64,000 nucleotides of DNA, taken from Actinomycetes bacterium (lineage in GTDB: Bacteria > Actinomycetota > Actinomycetes > JACCUZ01). Positions 27,729 through 37,014 of the stretch are shown here, in pieces. The stretch lies in contig JBBRVW010000005.1 of NCBI GenBank assembly GCA_038246545.1, positions 21,729 through 85,728 on the forward strand, given 5' to 3'. Positions within the stretch are counted from its first letter, which is position 1; the number at the start of each line of letters is the position of its first letter. The notes below the pieces were generated by a model, which made no database searches, was not told where the DNA came from, and worked only from the letters and a program-made list of their open reading frames with translations. The translations under genes and the position numbers were made by a program.

Positions 27729-30031
27729 CCGCCGCGCCGTTCGACCTGTTCGCCGTGCTGCACGGGAACCTCGGCTTCAGCTCGATCCCCGTCGAGGACT
27801 ACCCGGTGGTCCTGGACCGCTGCTTCTGGCCGGTCGTGCAGGAGCTGTCGGGCGGCTCCGGGCTCCGGCTCGGCCTGGAGTTCCCCGGCGCCAGCCTGCA
27901 GTGGGTGGCCCGGCACGACAGCTCGTTCGTCGACGCGCTGCGCCGGCTGCTCGACGACGGCCGGGCCGAGCTGGTCGGCTCGGGTCTGACGCAGGCGATC
28001 CAGCCGCTGGTGCCGGCCTACGTCGGGCTGCGGAACCTCCAGCTCGGCAACCGGGTCTACGAGGACGTCCTCGGTGTGCGGCCGCGGATCGCCTACGCGA
28101 ACGAGCAGACCTCGAGCGACGGCGCCGCGCGGCTCTACGAGGAGGCGGGCTACGAGGCGATCGTCATCGACTGGGAGAACGCCTCGCAGAACGGCCGGCT
28201 GCCGGCGTCCGCACGCTGGACGGCCCCACGCCTCGCCGGCGGCGGCCTGCACGTCCTGTGGGCCTCCACGGTGATGTTCCAGCGCACCCAGCGGGTCGGC
28301 TACGGGCAGCTCACCGCCGACGAGCTGCTCGCCGACGTCGCGGACGCCCGCGGCGAGCAACGCCGGCCCCTGTGCCTCTACAGCAACGACTGGGAGGTCT
28401 TCGACTACCACCCGGGTCGACCGCCCCGCGCGGAGCTGCTCCCGCCGGCGGCGCCTGAGCAGATGCCGCGGTTCCTCGCTGTCCTGCGCGCGGCGCGAGA
28501 GGCCGGCCTGGGTGAGTTCCTGCTGCCCGGTGAGGTGCTCGACGCGTACCGGACCGACGACGCCGTCACCATGAGCAGCGCCGAGTCGCCGATCCTCACC
28601 AAGAAGCAGCCCAAGTACAACCCCGCCCGGTGGGCCCTGTGCGGGACGACCGCGAGCTACGTCAACACGGCCTGCGCCCGGCTGGAGCGCGAGGTCGTGC
28701 GAGCGCGCAACGGCGCCACCGACGACGAGCTCGAGGTCGTCGACGACCTCGACGAGCAGCTGGTGCTGCTGCACGCCTCGGACCTGCGCACCTCGTTGAC
28801 CCAGCCCAAGTCCGAGGCGATGTTCGCCGACGTCGGCCGGCTCACGGCCGACGCCGGCCGGTTGGCCGGGGCGCAGCAGGAACGCGCTGAGCTCGCGGAC
28901 GTGGTGCTGGCCAACGCCGCCGGCGGCCCGTGGCGCGGCTGGCCGGTGACCGTGGACCTGCGGCTGCCGCCGGGTCGGTTCCCCGTATCGGTGGAGCTCG
29001 TGTCCGCCGGCTCGGGCGACCGCCCGGTCCAGCAGGTCGAGACGGTGGAGCGCTACCCGGACGGATCGCTGCGCCGCGTCCGCCTGGTGCTGGTCGGTGT
29101 CGAGCTCGGACCCGGCGAGCGGGCCGGTTTCGCGGCCCGGGAGGCGGCAGCGGCCGACCTCCGGCTGTCGGAGGCGACCGAGCCGTCGGTCACCACGGCC
29201 ACGGTCGAGGCGACCTTCCTGCCACGGCGCGGCGGCACGCTGGCCCGGGTGGCGTTCCCCGGAAGCACGGGCGTCGCCCTGGGGCACGTGCCCTACGGAC
29301 GCTTCAGCCCGATCCACCTCACCCCGGACTGGTACACCGGCAACGTCGTGCTGGTCGACGAGACCGGCACCCAGCGCACCGACCTGACCGGGACCACGGT
29401 GCACCTGCCGGACGTCCCTGACGCGTGGCCGGTGCGGGTCCCCGTCGTGTCCGAGGTGCACGCGGACGGCATGAGCGTGGTACGCACCACGTGGGTGTCC
29501 CGCCGCGAGCCGCGGGTCGACCTGGACATCGCCCTGACCCTCCCGAACATCGCGCCGCGTTCGCTGCACGCCGGCATCCTCACCCTGGACCCGCGCAGCC
29601 TGGCGCCCGGCGACGTGCGCTTCGCCACCGTCAACGGCGGCACCGAGGCCGCGGAGCACGCGCTCGGAGGCGAGGTGGTACGGCAGACCGCGAGCCCGTC
29701 GCACCGCGTCTCGGTGAGCTCGTGCCTCGGGTCCACCGAGGGCTGGGCAGCGGTGCTCGGCCCGCGCGGCGGGGTCGCGCTGCACGTCGACCGGACGCTG
29801 ACCGCCGGCAACCCGCTGCTGGAGTACGAGGCGACCCCGGAGGGACCGTTCGTCCGGCTGGTGCCGTCCTTCGCCGAGACCGCCGACACCGGCTCACCCC
29901 GCTTCCGCGGCCGGCTGCGGCTCGGCATCGCCTACGAGGCCTTCGGCGCGCTCTCCGCGGCCCTGGTCGACGACTGGGCGGTCCGCCGCATCGGCCTGAG
30001 GGTCAGCGGCACCCTCACCGGCCGGGCCTGA
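27725..30031 (+). CDS. GH57-fold (glycoside hydrolase/deacetylase barrel) protein with beta-rich C-terminus
   Basis: HGNLGFSSIP, ELVGSG, ANEQ (nucleophile-like Glu), YSNDWEVFD (acid/base-like Asp); ATGA overlap with pseC. Confidence 0.6.
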   Translation: MTAAPFDLFAVLHGNLGFSSIPVEDYPVVLDRCFWPVVQELSGGSGLRLGLEFPGASLQWVARHDSSFVDALRRLLDDGRAELVGSGLTQAIQPLVPAYVGLRNLQLGNRVYEDVLGVRPRIAYANEQTSSDGAARLYEEAGYEAIVIDWENASQNGRLPASARWTAPRLAGGGLHVLWASTVMFQRTQRVGYGQLTADELLADVADARGEQRRPLCLYSNDWEVFDYHPGRPPRAELLPPAAPEQMPRFLAVLRAAREAGLGEFLLPGEVLDAYRTDDAVTMSSAESPILTKKQPKYNPARWALCGTTASYVNTACARLEREVVRARNGATDDELEVVDDLDEQLVLLHASDLRTSLTQPKSEAMFADVGRLTADAGRLAGAQQERAELADVVLANAAGGPWRGWPVTVDLRLPPGRFPVSVELVSAGSGDRPVQQVETVERYPDGSLRRVRLVLVGVELGPGERAGFAAREAAAADLRLSEATEPSVTTATVEATFLPRRGGTLARVAFPGSTGVALGHVPYGRFSPIHLTPDWYTGNVVLVDETGTQRTDLTGTTVHLPDVPDAWPVRVPVVSEVHADGMSVVRTTWVSRREPRVDLDIALTLPNIAPRSLHAGILTLDPRSLAPGDVRFATVNGGTEAAEHALGGEVVRQTASPSHRVSVSSCLGSTEGWAAVLGPRGGVALHVDRTLTAGNPLLEYEATPEGPFVRLVPSFAETADTGSPRFRGRLRLGIAYEAFGALSAALVDDWAVRRIGLRVSGTLTGRA

Positions 30032-30054
30032 CCGGTCGGCGGACCGTCCTGCCG

Positions 30055-31089
30055 TCAGGCGTCGGAGCCGGGGGCCAGCGAGTCCCAGGTGACGGCGTCG
30101 TGCGACGCGAGGGGACCGCTCAGCGTGCGGCCGAGGACCTCGTGCAGGTGGTCGCCGCCGACACCCTCACGGGGGCGCAGCGCGACCAGGTCCTCGCGGC
30201 GCACGACGTGGCCGGCCGCCAGGTCGGTGGCGGCGTAGAGCCCGCGCCAGGCCCAGTAGCGCTCGTCGGCGTCCGAGCTGGGCGCCTTGCGGCTGGAGCC
30301 GAGAGCTGCCGTGGTGTCGCGGACGGCCCGCACCAGCGCGGTGAACTCCGGCGGGGTGAGGGCGTACGGGTGGTCCGGGCCGGGGAGCGACCGGTCGGTC
30401 GTGAGGTGCTTCTCGATGAGCACCGCGTCGCGCGCGACGGCGGCGGTCGCGGCGGTGTGGCCGGGTGAGTGGTCGGAGAACCCGACGAGCACGCCGAACG
30501 CGTCGGCGATGGTCGACATCGCGCGCAGGTTGAGGTCAGCGAGCACGGGTGGGTAGCTGGACACGCAGTGCAGCACGATCACGTCGCGGGCGCCCGCGTC
30601 GGCCAGGACCCCGAGCGAGCGCTCGATGTCGCCGAGGTAGGCCGCACCGGTGGAGACGATGACCGGCAGCTTGGTGGCGGCGCAGGCCTCGAGCAGCAGG
30701 TGGTTGGTGAGGTCCCCCGAGGCGACCTTGAGGGCAGGCACGCCGACGTCGACCAGTGTCTGCACGGCCCCGAGGTGGAACGGCGTGGACATGAAGTCGA
30801 TGCCGGCGTCCCGGGCGGCCTCGGCGAGGGTCGGCAGCCACTCGTCGGGCAGCCGGTTGTCGCGGAAGAAGGTCTGCAGCCGTTCCGCCGACGGCGCGGC
30901 CAGCGTCTCCGCGGTGAACGACTGGAACTTCACCGCGTCGGCGCCGGTCCCGGCGGCAACCTTCACCAGCTCGACGGCCGTCTCGAGGCTGCGGTCGTGG
31001 TTGGAGCCGATCTCGGCGATGACGTAGGCGTCCGCGCCGACCGCGACCCGGTGGTCGCCGATCGGGACCGACGTGCTGAACGTGTCCAT
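30055..31089 (-). CDS. pseI: NeuB/PseI-family nonulosonic acid synthase with SAF domain
   Basis: IAEIGSNH, AVKFQ, STPF, KVASGD, LHCVSSYP, GFSDH, IEKH, GPDH; C-terminal SAF/AFP domain. Confidence 0.85.
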   Translation of the reverse strand: MDTFSTSVPIGDHRVAVGADAYVIAEIGSNHDRSLETAVELVKVAAGTGADAVKFQSFTAETLAAPSAERLQTFFRDNRLPDEWLPTLAEAARDAGIDFMSTPFHLGAVQTLVDVGVPALKVASGDLTNHLLLEACAATKLPVIVSTGAAYLGDIERSLGVLADAGARDVIVLHCVSSYPPVLADLNLRAMSTIADAFGVLVGFSDHSPGHTAATAAVARDAVLIEKHLTTDRSLPGPDHPYALTPPEFTALVRAVRDTTAALGSSRKAPSSDADERYWAWRGLYAATDLAAGHVVRREDLVALRPREGVGGDHLHEVLGRTLSGPLASHDAVTWDSLAPGSDA

Positions 31090-31171
31090 GCCGCGAGCCT
31101 AACGAGCGCCGCGCGTCCGGCCGAATCCGCCGACGCGGTCAGACGGAGGCGGCCGTGGCCAGCCGGGCGGG

Positions 31172-33229
31172 TCAGCGCTGGGGGCGGAAGACCACGCCGG
31201 GGGGCGGTCCGTCGAGGCGGGCGGCGACCGAGTCGGTCTCGACCGCCTCGCGCAGGACCGCAAGCGCGTCGTTCACGACCTCGACGGTGTAGTCGAGGTC
31301 GGCGTCCTCGTGCGCCCAGGTGACGAAGATCGGGCCGCCGAAGAGGATGCCGCGTCGGACGGTCTCCTGCAGGAACAGCCCGCGCAGCTGCATGTCGACC
31401 TGACCGTCGGTCTTGAAGACGAACGCGCTGCGCGGTGCATGCCCGATCAGGTCGACGTCGAGGCCGCTGCCGGCGATGGCAGCGGTGAGGCCGGCACGGA
31501 AACGCTCGCCCCGCTCCCAGATCGTCGGGCAGACGACGCCGCGCTCGATCTCGTCGAGGGTGGCCTTGGCGGCCGCGAGCGAGAGCGTCTCGCCGCCGAA
31601 TGTGCCGGAGAAGAAGACCGAGCTGAAACCCTTCATCAGCTCGGCGCTCCCGGCCACGACTGCGAGCGGCAGGCCGTTGGCCATCGCCTTGCCGAGACAC
31701 GCGATGTCGGGGATGACGCCGTAGTACTCCTGGGCACCGCCCGGACCCCAGCGGAAGCCGGTGACGATCTCGTCCCAGATGAAGACGGTGCCGGTCTCGG
31801 TGCACCGGCGGCGGACGTGCTCGAGGAAGCCGGGCGCGGGGTCCTCCGCGGGAAGCTCGAGGATGATCGCTGCGGGGCTGTGCGCCAGTGCCGTCTCGAA
31901 CGAGTCGACGTCGTTGAAGGTGAACTTGGAGGTCAGCGACCGGACCGCCTCGGGCACCCCGGCCCGGCGCTCGGTGAGTCCGACGTACCAGTCGTGCCAG
32001 CCGTGGTAGCCACCGGCGGCGACCTCGTCGCGACCGGTGACCGCGCGGGCCAGCCGGATCGCCGCGGACGTCGCGTCGGACCCGTTCTTGGCGAACCGCA
32101 CCATCTCGGCGGCCGGCACCATGTCGATGACCCGCTCGGCGACCTCGACCTCCAAGCGGTGCGGCAGCGTGAAGACCGTGCCCTCGCCGATCTGCCGGCG
32201 CACGGCGTCGACGGTGGCCGGGTGGTCGTAGCCGAGCAGGATCGGCCCGAGGGCCATCGGGTAGTCGATGTAGGCGTTGCCGTCGACGTCCCACACGTGG
32301 CAGCCGGATCCGCGCTCCAGGAACGCCGGGGTCACGCCCTTGACGAACTGATCGATGCCCTTCGACAGCGTCTGGGTTCCGCCGGGCACCAGCCGGTGCG
32401 CGCGCTCGAGCAGCTCGGCGGACCGGTCGCCGGCGGCGGTCTGGCCCCGCTTGACCTGCTCGAGGTCGGCGAGGTTGCGGCTGCGCCACAGGCCCTCGTT
32501 GCGCCCGATCGCGCCGTTGCGCTCCGCGAGCCCGGTCGCCAGGTACGCCTCGGCGTACTCCTCGATGCCGGTCGCGGGGGCCGCGCCGAGCTTGTCCACC
32601 AGCTCGCGCAGGACGTCGAGGTCCTGGGGCTCGTCGACGGTGAGCCGCACGTGCCCGAGGGAGGCGCCGCGCTCCAGCAGCCGCATCCGGGTGCCCTCGG
32701 CCTGCTTGACCCACAACGTCACGTGCTCGCGGTCGGGCGCGGAGGTGGCGTCCCGGTCCGCGGCGTCCAGGGTCGCCTTGGAGAAGACCTCGGCGTCGGC
32801 GCCCTCCGGCCACGAAGGACCCAGCGCCAGGTAGTCCAGGGCGGTGTGGGCCCGGAACACGGTGACCAGCTCGTCGATCAGGACCGGGTCGACCAGGGGG
32901 CAGTCGCCGGTCACCCGGACGACGGTGCCGGCGCCGGTGGTGGCGGCGACGAAGCGGCTCAGCACGTCGTCCGTGGACCCGCGCACGACGCGTACTCCGG
33001 CGCCGGTCGCGACCGTCTCGATCTCGTCGTCGGCGACGTCCTCGGTGGTGGCGACGACGACCTCGTCGAGGGTCGTCGCGGCCCGCAGCCGGTCCAGCAG
33101 CACGGCGAGCAGCGGGCGTCCGCCGAGGTCGGCGAGGGCCTTGCCGGGGAGCCGGGTCGATCCGAGCCGGGACTGGACCACGGCGACGACGCGGCCGCGG
33201 TCGACGGCCTCAGGCGGAGAGCTGGGCAT
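31172..33229 (-). CDS. Fusion: SpsF/PseF-like cytidylyltransferase + class-III (GSA-aminomutase-like) PLP aminotransferase
   Basis: N-terminal QSRLGSTRLPGK, RGSTDDVLSRF, VRVTGDCP, REHVT, RLTVDEPQD; C-terminal WDVDGNAYID, KNGSDAT, YHGWHD, WDEIVTGFR, GKAMANG, SGTFGGE. Confidence 0.88.
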   Translation of the reverse strand: MPSSPPEAVDRGRVVAVVQSRLGSTRLPGKALADLGGRPLLAVLLDRLRAATTLDEVVVATTEDVADDEIETVATGAGVRVVRGSTDDVLSRFVAATTGAGTVVRVTGDCPLVDPVLIDELVTVFRAHTALDYLALGPSWPEGADAEVFSKATLDAADRDATSAPDREHVTLWVKQAEGTRMRLLERGASLGHVRLTVDEPQDLDVLRELVDKLGAAPATGIEEYAEAYLATGLAERNGAIGRNEGLWRSRNLADLEQVKRGQTAAGDRSAELLERAHRLVPGGTQTLSKGIDQFVKGVTPAFLERGSGCHVWDVDGNAYIDYPMALGPILLGYDHPATVDAVRRQIGEGTVFTLPHRLEVEVAERVIDMVPAAEMVRFAKNGSDATSAAIRLARAVTGRDEVAAGGYHGWHDWYVGLTERRAGVPEAVRSLTSKFTFNDVDSFETALAHSPAAIILELPAEDPAPGFLEHVRRRCTETGTVFIWDEIVTGFRWGPGGAQEYYGVIPDIACLGKAMANGLPLAVVAGSAELMKGFSSVFFSGTFGGETLSLAAAKATLDEIERGVVCPTIWERGERFRAGLTAAIAGSGLDVDLIGHAPRSAFVFKTDGQVDMQLRGLFLQETVRRGILFGGPIFVTWAHEDADLDYTVEVVNDALAVLREAVETDSVAARLDGPPPGVVFRPQR

Positions 33230-34130
33230 GAACGATCGCCTCTCGTCCCAGGCCGCGGGCGGCCAGGTACTCGTGCAGCGGCCGGCGTTCGCCGGCCAGC
33301 TCGAGCCGGTGCTCGAGCAGCATCCGCTGCAGGTGGATGGACGTCCCGACGGCCTCGTCACCGATGTAGTCCTGACCCATCAGCAGGAACCACTCGACGG
33401 GAAACGTGGTGTCCCGCTCGACCGGCCGCAGGCCGCACTGGGCGACCAGGGACTCCAGGCCGTCGAACGTGAAGTAGTTGATGTGGAACGGCGGGGCCAC
33501 CCACCACTGCGGCTTGTCGAGCACGGTGTGGGCCGTCCGCTGCAACAGGTTGTACTCGTTGGGCACCTGCAGGGTGAGGACGCCGCGCGGGGCAAGCAGG
33601 CGGGACGCCCAGGTGACGAAGTCACGCGGGTCGGGAAGGTGCTCCAGCAGGAGCCTCGCGTGCACCACGTCGAAGCTCGCGGCCGGCAGGTCGACGTCCT
33701 GGAACAGCGCCTCGTGGACGTCGAGGCCTTTGGCGTGCGCGTGCTTGGCGGCGGTCGGCGAGGGTTCGATGCCGAGGACGTCGAAGCCGCGGTCGCGGGC
33801 GTCCTCCAGCAGCAGGCCGCCGGAGCAGCCGACGTCGAGCACCTTTCCGCCGCCGTGGGCGCCGAGCCGGAGCCACGCGTCCAGCTTGTCGGTGTGCTCG
33901 AGGCGCCAGTAGTCCTTCTCGCGCTCGTCCTTCTCCAGCCAGCCGGGGTACTCCTCGTAGTACTCGACGCTGGCGTAGAGGGCGGTGAGCTCGTCGTCGG
34001 TCGGGATCGGGTCCAGGTGGACGAAGCCGCAGTCCTGGCAGTCCAGGACGTCCCACCGCTCTCCTGAGGAGAGCACCGGGCCGAGGTGAGGGCGGGCGCC
34101 GGTAGGCCCGCCGGCGACGGTGCCGGTCAC
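33210..34130 (-). CDS. Class I SAM-dependent methyltransferase
   Basis: CQDCG, VLDVGCSGG, GIEPS, LLEHLPDP, QVPN, PFHINYF. Confidence 0.88.
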   Translation of the reverse strand: MTGTVAGGPTGARPHLGPVLSSGERWDVLDCQDCGFVHLDPIPTDDELTALYASVEYYEEYPGWLEKDEREKDYWRLEHTDKLDAWLRLGAHGGGKVLDVGCSGGLLLEDARDRGFDVLGIEPSPTAAKHAHAKGLDVHEALFQDVDLPAASFDVVHARLLLEHLPDPRDFVTWASRLLAPRGVLTLQVPNEYNLLQRTAHTVLDKPQWWVAPPFHINYFTFDGLESLVAQCGLRPVERDTTFPVEWFLLMGQDYIGDEAVGTSIHLQRMLLEHRLELAGERRPLHEYLAARGLGREAIVHAQLSA

Positions 34131-35125
34131 CTGCGGCTCCCCTCGGTGGCCCCCACGGGAACGACCGCACCGACGGTGTCGACGTCGCGGGCCCGGTGCC
34201 ACTCGACCTGGGCCGCGACACCGTCGCGCAGCGAGGTGGTCGGTGCCCAGCCGAGCAGCATCCGGGCGGTCGTGGTGTCGGCGCCGGTGCGCCGGACGTC
34301 TCCGGCCTGGTCGCCGGTGCGCGCCAGGTCGATGGACCCGCCGGCCAGCTCCTCGACCAGGTCGATGAGGTGCGCCATGGTCACGCTCGACCCGCCCGCG
34401 ACGTTGACGACCGTTCCCGGCGTGCACTCGGCGGTCGCTGCCGCGACGTTGGCTGCCACGACGTCGCCGACGTAGGTGAAGTCGCGCTGCTGGCCGCCGT
34501 CCCCGTTGAGCGTGAACCGGGCGCCGCTCAACGCCGCCTCGACCAGCCGGTGCGTCGCCATGTCTGGACGCTGCCGGGGGCCGTAGACCGTGAAGTAGCG
34601 CAGCGCCACCGTGGACAGTCCGGAGCTGGCGGCGTAGAGGCCCACCAGGTGCTCGGCGGCCAGCTTGGTCACGCCGTAGGGACTGACCGGCTGTGGCAGC
34701 GAGCGCTCGGTCGACGGGTAGTCGGTGTTGTCGCCGTAGACCGAGGAGCTCGAGGAGTAGACGACCCGGCCCACGTGCTGCCGCACCGCGGCCTCCAGCA
34801 ACCTCTGGGTCGCCTGCACGTTGTCGACCAGGTAGGCGTCGAACCCGTTTGCCCAGCTGGCGCGGACACCGGGCTGGCCGGCCAGGTGGAACACCGCGTC
34901 GGCGCCCTCGAACAACGCGTCGAGCTCGGCCTCGACCAGGTCGGCCTCGTGGAAGGCGACCTTCGGGTGGTCGCGGTACGCCGCGATGTTCGCCAGCTTG
35001 GTCGCGCGCGGGTAGTAGTCGGATAGCCGGTCGATCGCCAGGACGTCCCAGCCGTCGGCCAGCAACCGCTCCGTCAGGTGGCTGCCGATGAAACCGGCGG
35101 CCCCGGTGACGACCGCCCTGGTCAT
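34127..35125 (-). CDS. NAD-dependent epimerase (UDP-glucuronate/UDP-glucose 4-epimerase-like)
   Basis: VTGAAGFIGSH, HLAGQPGVRASW, SSSSVYG, YGVTKLAAE, RYFTVYGPRQRPDMA. Confidence 0.88.
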   Translation of the reverse strand: MTRAVVTGAAGFIGSHLTERLLADGWDVLAIDRLSDYYPRATKLANIAAYRDHPKVAFHEADLVEAELDALFEGADAVFHLAGQPGVRASWANGFDAYLVDNVQATQRLLEAAVRQHVGRVVYSSSSSVYGDNTDYPSTERSLPQPVSPYGVTKLAAEHLVGLYAASSGLSTVALRYFTVYGPRQRPDMATHRLVEAALSGARFTLNGDGGQQRDFTYVGDVVAANVAAATAECTPGTVVNVAGGSSVTMAHLIDLVEELAGGSIDLARTGDQAGDVRRTGADTTTARMLLGWAPTTSLRDGVAAQVEWHRARDVDTVGAVVPVGATEGSRR

Positions 35126-35221
35126 GGGTGCTCCCTCGTGTCGACGACCCCGGGAGTCTAGAGGAAGCGCCGCCCCGCCCGGCCCGCGGAGCGGGGCGTC
35201 AGTGGACCTAGGGTGGGGCCC

Positions 35222-36193
35222 GTGGGCGCCCGCGTCGAGCTCGTCGCCGACAGCGGCCCCGGGATCGGGCTGGGGCACGTCGGCCGGCTGGCCGCCCTCG
35301 GCGAGCAGCTCGTCGTCCGGGAAGCGGTGGTGACCTTCCTCGTCGACGACGAGCACGCCCGGCACTGGCTGGGCGACCGCGGCCTGCCCGCGGCGCGACC
35401 GGGCAGCGCCCCCGGTGCCTCGGGCGCCGGGGTGGTGGTCCTGGACCGGGTCACGGCCGTCGACCCCGACGAGGTGACCCGGCTGCAGGCCACCGGCGCG
35501 ACCGTGGCATTGCTCGACGACCTGGGGGCCGCGCGCGGGGTGGCCGACGTCGTCATCGACCCGCCGACCTTCGCGGCCTGGCCGCCGGCCACCGGGCTCA
35601 CCCTCCAGGGCTTCCCGCACACCCTGCTGCGGCGGGAGTGGGCCGCGGCGCGCGACCTCGACGGCCCGCGGGACCAGGTGCTGCTCACCTTCGGTGGTAC
35701 CGACCCCTACGGGCTGTCGGCCCCGGCCGCGGCCGCGTTGGCCGACGTCGACCCGCCTGCCGTGACCGTGGTGGGGGCTGGCAGCACAGCCGAGGTGCCC
35801 GGGCGGGTGCTGCGCGACCCGCCCGACTTCGCGCGCCAGGTGCGCCGTTCCCGGCTGGTCGTCACGGCCTTCGGCACCACCGCCCTCGAGGCGGCGTGCG
35901 TCGGCACGCCGGTGGTCACCGTCTGCACCCGCGACGACCACCTGCGCGACGCGCGCGGGCTGGAGCCGTACGGCCTGCTGCGCGTCGTCGACGCCCGCGA
36001 CGGGGTGAGCGACGCGACCTGGAGGGAAGTTGTCGCCTCGGCTCTCGCGGACGACGGGTGGCAGCGCGAGGTCGCCCGCCGGGGGCCGGGGCTGGTCGAC
36101 GGCCACGGGGCGGAGCGGGTCGCCGCCGCCTTGCTAGCCTCGGTCCGCCCGCCGGCCCCGGTGCGGCACGGACGCGGGAGTGGTGACCGATGA
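35222..36193 (+). CDS. pseG: PseG/SpsG-like UDP-sugar hydrolase (GT28-like fold)
   Basis: ADSGPGIGLGHVGRL, LLDD, LLRREW, LLTFGGTDP, GTTALEAACVGTP, VDGHGAERV; start follows a TAGGGT -10. Confidence 0.75.
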   Translation: MGARVELVADSGPGIGLGHVGRLAALGEQLVVREAVVTFLVDDEHARHWLGDRGLPAARPGSAPGASGAGVVVLDRVTAVDPDEVTRLQATGATVALLDDLGAARGVADVVIDPPTFAAWPPATGLTLQGFPHTLLRREWAAARDLDGPRDQVLLTFGGTDPYGLSAPAAAALADVDPPAVTVVGAGSTAEVPGRVLRDPPDFARQVRRSRLVVTAFGTTALEAACVGTPVVTVCTRDDHLRDARGLEPYGLLRVVDARDGVSDATWREVVASALADDGWQREVARRGPGLVDGHGAERVAAALLASVRPPAPVRHGRGSGDR

Positions 36194-37014
36194 CGTTGAC
36201 GCATCAGCCGAGGAGCGAGGCGAGCGAGGGGCTGACCCTCGTGTTCGACGGCTCCAACTCGCCGCTGAACGACCTCAGCGTGAGCCGGCTGCGTCTGGCG
36301 GAGGGTTCGGACACCTGGTCGGCGCAGACTGGTGACGCCGAGGTGGCGCTGCACGTGCTGGTCGGTCGCTGCACGATCCGCGTCACGCCCGCTGACGGTG
36401 TCGCCGTGGAGTACACGGAGCTTGGCGAGCGCCGTGACGTGTTCTCGGGCCTGCCCACCACCGTCGTCGTCGGGCCCGGCTCGACCTACGAGGTGCTCGA
36501 CGTGGTGCGCTCGGTCGACATCGCGGTCGGCAGCGCGCCCGCCGCGGCCGGCGCCTCGACCCAGCCGCTGGTGATCCGGCCGCAGGACGTCGACGTGCAC
36601 GAGATCGGCGAGGGCCATTACGAGCGGTCGGTGCGCGAGGTCATCGGCGGCCCCGAGCGTGCCAGCCGGATGCGCCTGGGCGAGACGGTCAACCCGGTGG
36701 GCAAGTGGTCGAGTTGGCCGCACCACGACTTCGACGCGAACCCCGAGCTGGCGCCCAAGTTCGAGGAAGTCTTCCTCTACTTCACCAAGCCGGCCGGCGG
36801 CTGGGGTGTGCAGGTGCGACACGGCCTGTGGACCGACGGCGGCCGGGTCGACGACGTCGTCGAGGTGCACAACGGCGACGCCGCCGTCGTGCCGCTGGGC
36901 GACCACCCGGTCGGTGCCGGCGTCACCAGCGAGCTGCTGTACGTATGGTTCTACCTCAGCCCGATCCCCAAGGTGTACGCGCGCTGGGCCGAGGACGTCG
37001 GTGGCTATGCCTGA
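36190..37014 (+). CDS. IolB/KduI-family cupin sugar-acid isomerase
   Basis: GERRDVF, LGET, GKWSSWPHH, FEEVFLY, VPLGDHPV, LYVW pattern of the 5-deoxy-glucuronate isomerase family. Confidence 0.8.
   Translation: MTLTHQPRSEASEGLTLVFDGSNSPLNDLSVSRLRLAEGSDTWSAQTGDAEVALHVLVGRCTIRVTPADGVAVEYTELGERRDVFSGLPTTVVVGPGSTYEVLDVVRSVDIAVGSAPAAAGASTQPLVIRPQDVDVHEIGEGHYERSVREVIGGPERASRMRLGETVNPVGKWSSWPHHDFDANPELAPKFEEVFLYFTKPAGGWGVQVRHGLWTDGGRVDDVVEVHNGDAAVVPLGDHPVGAGVTSELLYVWFYLSPIPKVYARWAEDVGGYA

Noticed and set aside
31172-32450. hemL (heme biosynthesis)
   Set aside because: Fused to a cytidylyltransferase inside a sugar cluster, with no hem genes nearby.
36190-37014. Inositol catabolic operon
   Set aside because: No iolA, iolC, iolD, iolE, iolG or transporter. 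The gene overlaps pseG and the ATP-grasp gene.
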